From: Kondoa subrosea
Taxonomy: Eukaryota
DNA length: 64,000 nt
Assembly (NCBI GenBank): GCA_039545335.1
Contig: BCIN01000001.1
Coordinates: forward strand, 2,105,129 to 2,169,128
Direction of reading: 5' to 3'
How positions within the stretch are numbered: position 1 is the stretch's first letter; every line of letters starts with the position of its first letter. Shown here one piece after another: positions 23,261 to 36,300 of this stretch. The translations under genes were made by a program, and so were the position numbers. The notes beneath the pieces were generated by a model that was not told the origin of the DNA, made no database searches, and worked only from the letters and a program-made list of their open reading frames with translations.

Positions 23261-26200
23261 CTATTTCTTGCTTCGTCCAAACAGACCGCGTTTCTTCGGT
23301 TCTCCTTGCGAATTTAGCGAAGCACGGGAGTCATTCGAATGGCTGCTATGCAGAGATGGAGGTATACTATTCGGCGAAGTTTCCTGATACCGAGGTGCAA
23401 CTTGAGAAGAGTACGGTTGCTGCGGCTGCTGTTGCGTTTGGTGCGGTCTATGCTGCCTTTCGTCTGACAAAGAAGTCCTGCCATTCGCTTGATAATGCAT
23501 CCGTGGGTCTTGTGGCATCCGCGGGTCTTGTGGTGGAGCTTTCGCTCGCGGGTCTGTAGGGCGGTCATTATGTATCGGCCGGGAAGAAGGTTGTCGTCCA
23601 TCCTGTGTTGCCCGTGGTGCGGATTCCCTGTGCGATGTCGGAGGAGCTCGATCCAGAGCGCCCAAATCACGGACAAAATTCTCGGGTGATGTAATATGTG
23701 TTGAGCCTGTGTTACTGCCGTAAGGCACGTATATTAAGCGCTTGTTGCTGCAGCTCCATACCGATATACACATCCTTATTGAGCAGCTGAGATACCTGAT
23801 ATGCGCTACGAATTTCTGAATAGGTCATTCCTCCGGCTTGAAAGATTATTGCACGCTGTCGAGGTTCATTCGTCGGTTTGCCTTTAGCACCTGCCGTCCA
23901 TCTCGGTCGTGCGCTCCTCAACGAGGCAGGTGCTGCGCCTGATGTTGATCTGATAGAATCGCTCCGCAGTGACGCTGAGCCGGAGCCGACTGACGGGTTG
24001 CCAACAAAAGGAAACGCTTGTCGATCTAATTTACCAGAAAAATGTTCCTCCAACATCAGCTTGACTGCAGGTTGGTAGCGCGATATATCGTAAGCATCGT
24101 CTGCGGATGTCTGTTTGAAAAGAGGCTTGACTTTGCGCTTGGTATCCTTCATGAATGGATAAATCAGTAATCCGACTTCAATCTGGAGGGTACAAACTTT
24201 TGTAACTTCCTGTCCTAATTTGGCCAAATTATTGATAGCATCCATTTCTGGAGGTCCTAGGCGAGCGTGCTGATAGAGTCGTTTCCGATCTTCGTCTGGC
24301 ACACCATCGCGGTGCATGATATATAGAGCGATGATTCGCACTTTGTCTCTCACACTGTAAAGAAGTCATAATGTGTTTCTGTTGTCTACGGATAGAACTC
24401 ACCTAACATTCCGATCATCGAGCAGCGGCACCATTTCTTCTACTAACGTTTTGGGTGCCTTGCCGTCTGCTGTCATCCCCGTCGCACAAGACTGGACAAT
24501 CCAGAATGCCTGAGCACCTCACGTGTGATAGCTTCAGCCGATACTCACCTGCTCCACAGAAGCGGTCAAAGGCAGCTTCTTCTTCTCAAACAATTCCATA
24601 CATTGCTCAGCCATAGATAGATGCAAAGATAGCTGGATAAACAGCGTTAATGTAGAAGGTCTTTTGTAATGCTGAAAGTCACCTTCTCCTTGCTTTCTTT
24701 CATACCAGGCAAGTTTGCCAACATGTCTTTCAGATCATTCAGGCTTGTTCTAGCGACGGCGGACAAGATATCAAGATGCTGCATCACAATCGTGATGCTA
24801 GCGACTCACCCTGTACTGCCGTGCTCATTGGAGTATTGGCGAAAAGCTTCTATCAGCCTGTCCAGCGCTTCCTTCATATGCATATGCCGAACATCTGTCC
24901 ACACTTTGTCTTCATCATTCAGCAGCGCGTCGATTTCTTCCATTTCACCCTTTTCGTTTCGGAAGGAATGACTTGTCGCTTACACTTAGTTTGCTGCTCG
25001 ACAATCGCTTAATCTGGCCATAACTTACTGATATTTGGTTCCGTCTTTGATGTCAAGTAAATCATTGCACATAGCTTGATATGTGAATTCGTGCAAGAGC
25101 GGTGCAGCTAGATCCATAGATCGGTCAGTAATGAACAGAACCCCTTTCGGTCGTTCCGTCTCATTCTGGGTGTATTAAAAGCATAAGCGATGCTACATGG
25201 CGTAAGATATAAAGAAAACACTCACAGGAAAGCCTTCATTGTTCTTAGCATAATCTAATAGACCTGCGTATACCTTTTGGGCAAGAACAACGGTGGGATG
25301 TTGTTTCGTTGGACCAAGAATTGGCCGATTGCAGCCCCCAGGTGCATAGAAGCGAATATCCGGGAACTCAGACAGCGTGGCACAGACATTGACAAGCTAA
25401 TATAATATCAGTAGATATCGTCACGTTGTTGCAAACGCACACTAGCTGCCATGTAGTCCAGATCAGATTCCCAAGATTTGACGACGTCCCTTTGCAATTG
25501 CGAGGCCGGGCCATACAAAGACCAGAAGGATTCGTGGAATTTCAAACTGAAGACTTGCGATTCGACAGCTAGTCTAGCCGCTGAGTTTTTTCATTTCCGC
25601 TTATTGATGATGAAGTCGCACCCCAGAAATTAACATAAATCTCTTTCAATGTTTTGAGATGTTCGCCAGCGGGCGAATCTGCCAATCTGTCACATTCTCG
25701 ATCCGGCAAGACTGTACAAGCTGAGATTAGCAGCATTGCCCTGATTAGAGGATTAACATACTGTCTATAAAGAAGCAATGCGCAGCAGCATAGCGTGGAC
25801 CTTGACTAGCAGGTATAGCGGCCGCCTTCTTAGTCGCAGGCTGAGCAGCTCTACAGCGCGGATTAGACTTACCGCTCGGATTCACAAACATTAGCATGCA
25901 CTGACCTGGCAGGTTCAAAGTCCCTGATGATGCGCGAGATATTCTCTGGCGAGGGAGTAAGGATGTAGACAGCTTCTAATCTAGGTGATAGTTTGCGAGC
26001 GTTTGAAATAAGTTCCACCTCTAATCAAAGGGGGAAGGGAGATCAGTTAAGTTCAGAGATCCTGCTCTTGGAAGGGATGCATAGCGAAGCATTGCCTGAG
26101 TAAAGACGAGGCTCGAATGCGAACCGAATGCAGTAATCTGAAGCTTGTCGAAACTTACGCTGCACTCCCTCGTCCAGGATATCATACATCTTCAAGACAG

Positions 26201-26377
26201 ATCCAATATGAGCTTGAGTAGCTTCATCCAAGACCAAGATCTTCCATCGGTTGGCAGGCTGCACCGAGCGAACAGATTCCAAATAACCTGAGCACAATAC
26301 TTGTCGGTTTCTTTCCCTCTGCAGCTTGCAGATAGATGATGCGTACGAGACTTGATCAACTGCACGAGCGAAGTCAT
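23261..26377 (-). CDS. SEC1: Sec1/Munc18 SNARE-regulating protein
   Basis: [69 protein letters not shown]. Confidence 0.94.
23497..23532 (-). repeat. 18-bp coding tandem repeat (PQDPRM x2) in the Sec1 tail
   Basis: gcatccgtgggtcttgtg gcatccgcgggtcttgtg on the + strand. Confidence 0.8.
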
Positions 26378-26498
26378 GTCTGGGGTAGATAGGGTATATG
26401 GTTGTTTGGTGAAAGTCAAACAACATTGTATGAAGACGAAGTTGAAGCAAGCGTAAACAAAATGCGGCTGCAATGGAGTTTCTATTATGCATTGACTT

Positions 26499-28509
26499 CT
26501 AATAACCATCGTCTCCAGCCCCGGCTGTGATAACATCATCAATTTTGAGCACCGCGCGGACCAGCTGAGTTGCAAGCAGGTATTGTTGTCTCTTCGAAAT
26601 AAGAGGATCATAAACGTGTTGTTTTCTCATATCTAGACGATCGCTTAGCAAGAACGCAAGAATCAGTAGGACAGACGCACCATTTTCACCGCTATTCACG
26701 CAATCAATACCCAACCTCCAGTTCGATTCGTTGATCTGCCGAGACTTGATTTCCGCTAGAGCATCGATAGGCGACAGACCAGAGTTTTCGGCTAGAGCAA
26801 GCGGTATCGAATCCAATGCTGAAGCGAAAGCGCGAACCGCATATTGCTCGATGGAAGGAATCTGAACAAAGCAAAGGTTGGGAACATTAGCATCGTAGTG
26901 CGGATCTACAGCTCGTACGAACCTCGTCAGCTGCCTTGGCTACTGCGACACTGGAAGCAATTTCTGCAGCACCTCCCCCATAAACGACTCGATTGTCCAA
27001 AACCAGATTGCGCACAACGCAGATTGCATCGTGCAGTGCACGCTTGGCTTCATCGATAATCTGTTCCAATTGGTGAGCTACATCTCATTTGAATTGAAGA
27101 CCTGCTCACCATTTTGTTACTACCTCTGACAAAGACAGTAACGGCTCTTGTGTTTGCGCATTCTTCAATGACCAGCATCCTATCTCGCGTCGTACCAAAA
27201 GTCAACTCTCTTACAATTCCAGCTGTTCCTAATTTTGCCTTTGTCAAATCTTCGAACCTCGGAACGATTCGTCCATTGGTCGCAATAGCAATCAATTCAA
27301 TTTCAGGTCCTCCAACCCATCTCACAGCAGGTAGGTCGTTTTGCATAAGTAAGTGGTTGGCTTCATCATCGAAACCCCATTGGCAAATGACTAAGTTGGC
27401 TCCGGTATCTTTGACCATGCGAATCATTTCCTGGAATTTTTCTTTTTCGTATGCTTGAAGATTCTTATATTCCTCCACGGAAGAGATGTCCAGCTTATGT
27501 TTGGTCTTTGGACGCGGTGGTTCGAAGGGACATGTGAGGATCGCGATTCTTGCATCATTGAGAGAGCGAGGCATTTGTGGGTGCGACATATCTTTGTCGA
27601 TGATGACTCCCTTGACTAACGTTGTGTCTTCTAGAGCTCCACCAACTTTGCCATCGACTTTGATGAGTTCGAAATCAACATCTTTTCGCTCTAAATCCGC
27701 GACTGAGAGTACAGCATCGATAGCGATGTTTGAGAAGAGTTCGTTGGCTTTCGAAACACTGCAATGAAACATATTAGGTGTAAATCTATTGAGCAAAGCT
27801 TGGGCTAACATTTTGCTGCCCAATGAAGTACTGGCAACTTTCTGCAACTCCGTTGTGTCTTCTTTGGAAAATTCAATCTTGTCGCTGCATTTGTCCAGTT
27901 CTGCCACTGCAATCTTGCATGCTCGTTCAAAACCATCTGCTATCCTGATAGGGTGAATTCCGCGGTCCAGTAAAGCTTCAGATTGTTCCAACAATGCACC
28001 AGCAAGTACTGTCGAAGAACATGTTATACCGCTGCGATATGCAAGTCAAAGCACGAGTAGCTGACCACAGACGCCTGTCGTGCCATCACCAATCTCATCG
28101 TCTTGACTTTTACTTAATTGAACCAATAATTTAGCAATCTGATGTTCGACTTCCATTCCGCTGAGGATTGTAGCTCCATCGTTTGTCACAGTGATATCGC
28201 CATCTGGAGAAACTAAGATCTTGTCCAAACCTCGAGGTCCAAGTGAAGTTCTGATGATGCTAGCTACAGATCTAGCTGCAAGGATATGTGACTGTTCATG
28301 CTACAATCAGTATGATCCAATGTACACAAACAGAGTCTGGACCTTGATAGCTTCTATCCCATGAACACGAGTTTTGCGTCCTTGGTCTCGAAGCACAATG
28401 ATAGGCCTGGGACGCTATTCAGCCGCTGATTACATAGCGTGCTAGCAAAGACTCACCTGCCATTCTCATCTTGCGCTATACCAACTTGCTCGTACTGCGA
28501 GTTTTGCAT
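26499..28509 (-). CDS. CCT5: T-complex protein 1 subunit epsilon
   Basis: [67 protein letters not shown]. Confidence 0.96.
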
Positions 28510-28569
28510 GGTGTCAGCAAGAAAACCATCCAATTCGAAATTACAGACAGTTGATAGATACCACCACTC

Positions 28570-28856
28570 GCGAGCAGATACAAAGGCCCAGGGCTTAGCT
28601 GGGTTACCCTGTCGCTTGATACCAGGCAATCGCCCAGCTTACACAAATACCATATAATTCCGGGCATTCCTAGTACATTTTACGAAATACTCGCAGCATC
28701 ATCTGGCTCAGCCCGACGGGTGTGCGTTCTAAGGGGGTTCAGCTGTTTGCCAGCTACTTCTGGATCAATTCGCCTAGGGCAGGCGCGCGGGGATTATATT
28801 CAGAAGAACACTTCTGAGCCCACGAGGCCTTTTACGCAAGACCAGGCCCCAGCAGT
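28570..28856 (-). ncRNA. Candidate structured RNA element (unassigned)
   Basis: Nested inverted repeats forming a four-way junction, a small hairpin and a ~125-nt interrupted stem; several imperfect positions are G-U pairs only on the minus strand. Confidence 0.4.
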
Positions 28857-28898
28857 CAAAGTCCAATCCATCCTATCTCCTTTTATCTGCATTCGACC

Positions 28899-31710
28899 AT
28901 GGACGATATGCTTCAAGCCCCTGTGCTGAAGCTAGCTTTAGAAAATGTCTCCTCGCTGGATGAAGTTGGGCTGGAAGGGTTATGGTCTGCTTTCCGAAAA
29001 GTCTCAAGCTTGCTCGAGGTGGGTACAGATACTGTTCAGATTTGTGCATACAGTTGATCAAAATTGAAATAGAATGGACCTCGTCTGGAGAACCTGTCAG
29101 AGCGACTTTGGTTCAAGATGGAAATGCGCTGCTCTGATGACACTACTCCTTCTTCCGCTGCTTCTTCGCAAACGCCTTCACGCAGTAGTAGTATCTACGA
29201 ACCCGAAAATCAACCTTTGGCAATCAATCAATTAACCCTGTCCAGTCCGAATCGCCCTTCACCTAATTCAAAGCGAAAACGAAAGACCTACTCTGACGCA
29301 GAACCGCCTCCAACACATAGGTCTCGACATCCTGACACTACAACGCCAAGAACAAGCAAACGGAACAGAGCTCATTCCAGCCTTTCTTCAGGTCTATCTC
29401 CAGGTCGCTGGTCGCAAAATTTACTCAAGACTATTCTTCCTATGGATTTTACTTCTCCTGCACCTCTTACAAGCGAAAGTGAACCATCGGCACCTATGTC
29501 TAGCCAAATTGTGAGTCAAAGCCTTCTGACAAATCTCAATGCTAGCTGATTAGACCCACTGCAAAGCCTCTTTCCGGCTCGGACGCGACACATACAGCCA
29601 AAAAGATCATGGATCACCCAAATCCGGTAGCCGAACCTGAAAGTCTGATCTTTGCGAAACCTTCATCTACTGAGGAGCCTGCCAACACTCAACTCCTGTT
29701 GGAAGAAGAAGAAGAGGAAGATGGATTTGAAGACGAGTCCTTTTCCGCAGAGAAGGTTCCTCAAACTCAGCTATCTAGGACATCTGGCAGACCCGCAGCT
29801 GCGAAGCGGTCGCATTCCGCTGCGGTCGCCACTCATCGAGCAGCAACGCATCGTAGTCATCATGCTGCTCGCCCTTCTCTGCACAAGAAGCACAGCTACG
29901 AAAATCAAGTTCTGCCTAGAACAACAAGTTCGAAATCCGTTCGCATTTTAGATCAAACGCTAGATATTCCTCCACCGGTTCAACATCGTCGCCCTTCACA
30001 TGATGTTCCTGCTCATCGTAGAAAGAGTCCCGAAAGAGAAAAGTCAGCGCCAAGCATGACCAGAACTTTGAGTCGAGATAAACCTGCTCCGATAGCATCA
30101 GCGATGGTTCGTTCGAAATCGATCGACCGAAAAATGCCCAACGTACCCAGAGCACCTCTTCCTATCCCCAATATTGCAAAGCGCAACAGTTCAGCTACGC
30201 TTTCAAGTCTGGATGCGAAGAGTGTGGTAAAGGGATTTGAGCCCAGTCCAGGCAACTCAGTTGTGGATTTGACAAATTTGAAAGGGAAGCAAAAGGAAGA
30301 AACCACGGAGGAGGATAAGTCCACCAAGAACGAGATTCTGTTTGCCAAAGTACCTGTGGCTTCAACTTCAACTGCTACTTTGGAACAAGGTCGAATTACT
30401 CCTGAACCGCCCAAAGTTTCAATACAGCCGCCTTCTACTGTACAGGCAACAAAGAAGAGTAGGAACAGTAGACAGGAGAAGAAATCAATGTTCTTTATTC
30501 AATCTCCTGGCTCTGACTCGGATGGCGAAAGCATCATGCGTACTCTGGGCAGCAAAAACAGTCAAGATTCCTTGAAACATCCGGTCACTGCGAAAGTCGT
30601 CGCGAATAAGAATTCAGTTTATGCCACTTCGCCTATCCGACCATCCTCGTTGCGAAACGAAACAATGCGACCACGTTCCCCACCGCCTCCACCAAGCACA
30701 ATAGTACCTGTCGATGTGGATCAAGACTTTGAAGACGAAGATGAGGATTCTTCGGGGTGGGGATCAGAAACCAGTTCACATTCCGAACCTCTTGCACCAA
30801 ATCTTAGACTCGGTCAAGCCAACAGTCAGAGCATGTTCCTCAAAAGAGTTCCAACGGCGCCTGGTGAACTTAATCGTACCAACAGTCGAACTGGTCTCTT
30901 AACTCAACTCTTCAAGCCATCAGAAGATGACGAGAAAGCTGTTGCTGGTCTGCTACGCAATCCGTCAGCAGTTGGACTGGTCTTGGCCGCGAGATCAAAC
31001 AGCTCAAGGGATGCTCTACCTGCTCGCCGTGGACTTCAGCCATCAAAGTCCGCGATAGCCCTTCCGGTTATGAGCTATTCGGAACAAGATGCGTTTCCCC
31101 AAGCTGTGCCTGGCCAACCTACCCAGAGTCAACCTTTATCAACCAAGTCTGGTCGATTGGGTGGAAGACCTGTTGATGTAGAGATGAGCGACTCTGATGA
31201 AGATGAAGACGAGGAACCTGAGGGAGAAGGCAATGGTCTAGCCAACATCTCTCCAACCCAAAAAGCAGCTTTCAACGCGGCTATGGCTCGGTATCAAGCT
31301 CGACATATGCCTGTTGCCGGTCCTCAAACACCTCGGACGACTAGACGCAACATGCTTTCGACAGAACTGAGCGAAAGTCTTCGCTTAGGTCTGCTTTGGG
31401 ATCGTCAAACCACCATGCGGTTACTCGGTAAACCTACCAGAGTTCGGATTCCACCTGTAGTTGGAGCAACGCAGGCGACACCTCAAGTAATTAGAAGACA
31501 TACAGCCGCGAACGGAGATTTGATGCGCACTACTACTACTGCAAGTGAAAGCAACCTACAGCGGATGTCAAGTACTGCGGCTAGTGCAAGTAGGACAAGA
31601 TCAGAAGAACCTGCCGTTGAACAACCTTTCTCTGATGGTTTTCATCATGTGTTAGTCGCGCCGCTTTTTGCTACAATGCTTGTGCTTATAGGATCTACAG
31701 AGGATGGTGA
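28899..31710 (+). CDS. DUF1752 + DUF3295 fungal protein
   Basis: First exon ...LEGLWSAFRKVSSLLE|NGPRLENLSERLW (DUF1752-like); PQTPRTTRRNMLSTELSESLRLGLLWDRQ and terminal FHHVGW* (DUF3295-like). Confidence 0.85.
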
Positions 31711-31988
31711 TGTACCAAAACTACAATGATCTGACGATTTGCGAACGATGTTAACGTGATTGACGATTTTCACTTGTATTTGTTAACGGGTTTTGTTTGG
31801 GTAGCACATGTATTAATATTGTTTTCCGATGCACAAGTCTTAACGCCCGTGGAGAACTGTCCAGTCAACGGAGACTTTGGGAAAGCCCAGAACAATACAA
31901 CAAGTGCAGTGCACCAAAGCGGTTTGAGTTTGGGTCTACCAGAGTATATTTGATCTATGTCTCGTTAATTCTACTGATCTCTTGTCCC

Positions 31989-33312
31989 TCACGACAACAA
32001 CGTAATCCAAGCAATGAGGAAAAACAGGCACAAGGCAGGGTAGACGCAAAGCATTGCTCTTGATTCTTCTAGACGTGTTCCTCCCAGGCTAAGAACAGGT
32101 CAGATATAGTAGCAGCGCTACCGCATGAAACAAACTCACAAATTCACGGCAGCTGTTACGATATGCTCAGTCGAAAGCAGTGAAATTCAGGGCAAGCTTA
32201 CCCCAAGAAGCCCAGCCAAACCCAAGTAGACAAACTGGAATCCTGATCCAAAGGAGACGTACGAAAAGTGTTACAAGAGCAGCAACGTCCAGCGGAGCTA
32301 AGCAGTACCCTAATACACAAAGGGATTGGAAGAAGGAGACTTTGCCGCCCAAGAGTTTGGCATTGACTGTCCAAACAGTCGATCAGGATCACATTCGCGT
32401 AATTAGTTCAGAGGAACTACGAACCTGTAACGAGGACACTGCCGATAGTGACAATAACGAACTGTTGGAGTAGAAGACTTTGAATATATGCAAAAATTTC
32501 GCAAAGAAATACCGCACGACTCCAGTGAAGACTGATAATGATTGATCATCGGAAGCGCCCAAAGACAGCATAACAGCCAATGCAAGGCACTTCGGATCTC
32601 TATGAGCACATGCTGCACAGTTATGACATTAGCTCACAAAGATCAGAGGTCCCCCTGTGCAAGTCACGGTTCAGGACGATCTCAAAGAGGAAGATTATGG
32701 AGACTTACAGAGATCCCAATCTCGCAAAGGCGCAGAGCCTTCCTGCATAGGATGCAGCACCTGCACGACCTTGGTGCCTATCGCGCGGAGATCTCGTAGC
32801 TAGAATAGAAGTCAGAATGCGGGATGACTGAATGGAATTGGGGCGAACCAGAGTAGCAGATAAAGGCTCATCTAGAGTTCCGCTTGAATTCGCAGTATAG
32901 CGGCTCTCTACGCTGAGGCCACCGACCATTTGTCTATGTGTCGTGTCCTACCGAAGTCGAGAATCGTCAGATGTTAGAAATTAGCTTTGACATACTTGAA
33001 GCGCTTAACTTACGCGTTGGATACCAGAGGAAGCTGCACGCGCTGCTGAACCCGAAATATTGCCTGACAAGTTGTTAGCTGAACTTGAAGTTGCCCGACC
33101 TTTGCCTTTCTCTTGCTGATTTGGCATCAATGGTGAGCTGGTACTGATCTCAGATGTGCTGAAGCCATCCACAATAAGCCTCTCACTTTGAGTAAACTGG
33201 AATATCTTCATCTTCGTCCATTTCTATAGTTTGCTCTTTACCCGCAGCAACATCAAGCTTTGATCCAGGACTCCTCGCTCAGCAACATACCATTGTAATT
33301 GGAGGTCGCCAT
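31989..33312 (-). CDS. Yip1-family Golgi membrane protein (YIPF6/Yip4-like)
   Basis: GTLDEPLSATL, WDLWGPLIF, LGGKVSFFQSLCVLGYCLAPL, RAMLCVYPALCLFFLIAWITLLS*. Confidence 0.9.
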
Positions 33313-33535
33313 TGCACTGGAGCTGCGCAGCTGGTGTATCAATTGGAGTCGCAGTCTGCAGCAAGAGTATTGCATCCTATTTGTTGCTGCAAACGCGCTT
33401 CTCAACCTGATCGGAAAGCAGCCAGTATCTTCCGCTCTCAATAGTCTCAGCCAGTGTCGGGTTCTCTCAAGTCCCTGCGCGCTTGTTTTGCAGGCCAGAA
33501 ACAACATTGTGCTCTATATGCTTGAATAGCGAGGG

Positions 33536-36263
33536 ATGGATCTTCCATCCAAGAGCAGCGCTCCTCTATCTCTTCTGCAAATCAAGCTAGCAGCAGAATC
33601 TAGCAACAAACGGCCAGAATGTATTTTCGGAGGACGGGTCACTGGCTTCTACAGTTTCAATGCAAGGACAAAGATGTTTGCAATCGATATTTGCGACGAG
33701 AGCAGCAGGAAAGCTCGAGTGGAATTCGTTGGCGATTGGGCAAATCACTCTAATGCTCAACTCTTCTCCTCCTCCCCGGGTACTCTTTCGGTTGGCTTCG
33801 ACACCAGCAGGGACAGAGACTATCATCGCGCCGTACTGGTCAGAGACTCGAAAGGTGCACTTAAGCTTACCTTCAAGACCGGAAAGAGTTCTTCCTCCGC
33901 TCGTAAAATGTGCGATATCAAGTACTTCATCTTGCCAATAACCATGCTAATCGTGCGTGCTATTTAGTCTCTTCCACATCGATGGTCGATGGAAAACTTG
34001 GTATACTCGTTCCAAAACGCCTTCAGAAATCGGAGCACCGAGGAGCAGTAGCGGGTCTGTAGTTTCCCCAGATTTGTTCGCTACTCCAGCACCTACTTCC
34101 CCTTTTCGATCCAGCCAGACCTCAGCACATCAACCAGAAGAAGAGGATAACACGTTCATGCAGTCTGTACTTCCGCCTGAAGCACAACCCGGCATTCCTG
34201 CAGCGTATCGCTCAATCACTTCAATGCGTCCTTCTATCTCCACTACTAGACTTCTTGCCGCATTAGAACCCCAAAGAGAACCAAAAGAAGTTGGAGAGGC
34301 TGCTGGATTCACTTCCTCAAGTGGCACAGTCTATCTTCCGCTCAACACAACAGGCCAATTCGTGAATAAATTTGTCAACGTTGCAGGCGTGCTGGTGAAT
34401 GATGCTTGTATACTTTATACGAAATCAAAAAATGGACTCGGCGATAGTGAGCAGAAACTTCAGATTGCAGCTGTTATCATTCTCTTAATGCTTCGATTCC
34501 GATTTACTCTACGTAGAAGGCTCAATGAATCTTCGTCTGATGGATTCCTCTACTGGGAAAGACTTCACTTCTAGTATACATGTTCAACTCTTTGCACCTG
34601 TCGCCTCGCCACTGCCAGACCATCTGCGGAAAGGGGATTCCATCATACTACGTGGCGTAAAAGTCGTGAACGATAAACTTAATGGTCACCTCAAGATCAT
34701 GGGCTATGATAAAGAGCCTTGGTATGGTCACGCGCTGTGCCACCCAAAAGAAGGAACAAGTCAACTCTTCCACTTGAACTCGAAGGGCTCTGATCCCGAT
34801 ATAAGCGAACGGGAATATTTGGCTAGACTATGCAAGTGGAACAGAGGTCCAGAGGAGGAGATGTCTGTTCCAACGATGAAGCCAAGAAGAGAGGTCGAAA
34901 TCAGTAAGATTAAGGAAAACATGTTCTTCGATACTGTTGTGCAGGTAAACTCTACATTGTATGAGAAAGACTGCAGCCAATCTGATCTGCCTTAATCAGG
35001 TCGTCGGCCACTACTCTCTCAGACCAGATCTGAACGACACTTTGATTGTCACCGACTACACCACAAACCCCCTCTGCGACTCAGTAGCTTCTAACGACAG
35101 AATCCTTTTGAATCAGTGGACTGCAGGAAGTACAGCGCATGTTATAACTCCGCTCATGCGCTTACCGCTCGTTTGCTGGAAGGACCCAAGCGACGTTATG
35201 ATTGGTCCAAAGCCGACAGATATCATTGATCTGCTCAAGGATCAGTCAGAAGCAGAGGTTTACATCAAAATCACCAAAGGCAATTGTGCCAGAACCAAAG
35301 CAGAGGGCCGACCGATAACTTTCGCCATCAGACGCAAAGCGGGTGCCAATTGTGGCACTTTCGAGCTTCTCCAAAAGGATGACTCTCGACTGTTTGCGCT
35401 AATGCAGTGCGTGTTATGTAGATTCAGAGAAGAGCAAAGCTAATCATTATCACTTAAATGCAGGCGAAAAAAGACTCTTCTCGAACAAGCACAGAAACTG
35501 CATCCCGATGTCAAAATGAAGTCCCAGAGAGCAGCGGAGGAGCCGAAACAAGCAGATCTCATCAAATTGCCACCAGAACAAGAGCAGAGTGGTCAGAATA
35601 TGTTGCTATCAGTCGCGCACAATCGATCAATGTGTCTATTGGGACCTGATATCCCCCGGTCGACATTGGGAGACATCCTGGAGAAGATCGATCAGCAAAC
35701 CTCGGCGGGACAAGAATACAGAGTGCGAGTTCGAGTCCGTGATAGCCGTCCAAAGGATCTCCAGGACTACACTATCGCTGCATGTCGCCTTTGTCTGGTC
35801 AAGTAAGCTGTTGTTATGAGCGGCGCTGTAATGATCTCACCGCTCACATTCTGTAGATCTCCTCTGCCATCGTGCAAAGTTTGCGGCGGGCCAGTTGAAT
35901 ACATCTGGCGATTCGCCTTTCTTTTGGAGGATGATCTGTCTGTTCGTGGCCAACAATTACATCCATTACAGCATGCCTCACGTTTGACGGCCATCTTAGC
36001 TGGATCGGATGCCGTAAGTCTGTCCTTCGACTAAGTAGTATATCCTGACGAGTTTTCAGACTCTCTTTTTGCAAGGCATGTCACCTGTCAATCTCTACAC
36101 CGACAAATCTGCATTGAAAGACCTGCAGAAGCGTCTTGGCAGAATCTTAGGGTCAGCGGTGGAGAGTCCTAACTCACAATCAAAAGCTCCTGGTGATTTC
36201 TTCGACGCGTCTCTGATCTGCAGAGCAAAGGGCATATACATAACTAAAACTGTGCTAGAATGA
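33536..36263 (+). CDS. POT1: Protection of telomeres protein 1 (multi-OB-fold)
   Basis: FVNVAGVL, VQLFAP--LP--LRKGDSIILRGVKV (OB1), FFDTVVQV and LIVTDYTTNP (OB2), YRVRVRVRDSRPKDL, CxxC...CxxC, YIWRFAFLLED (C-terminal OB). Confidence 0.82.
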
Positions 36264-36300
36264 TTGTTTAGGTATGCTATGCAAGGTCTAATGACGGAAA

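Noticed and set aside
28745..28825. TPP riboswitch-like UGAUCCAG...CUGGC on the minus strand
   Set aside because: Lacks the CUGAGA pyrimidine-sensor motif and the GCG following P5; neighbouring genes are unrelated to thiamine.
28827..28835. GCCTTTTAC, identical to U5 snRNA loop I
   Set aside because: Flanks do not form the U5 stem, no suitable Sm site follows, and G-U polarity favours the other strand.
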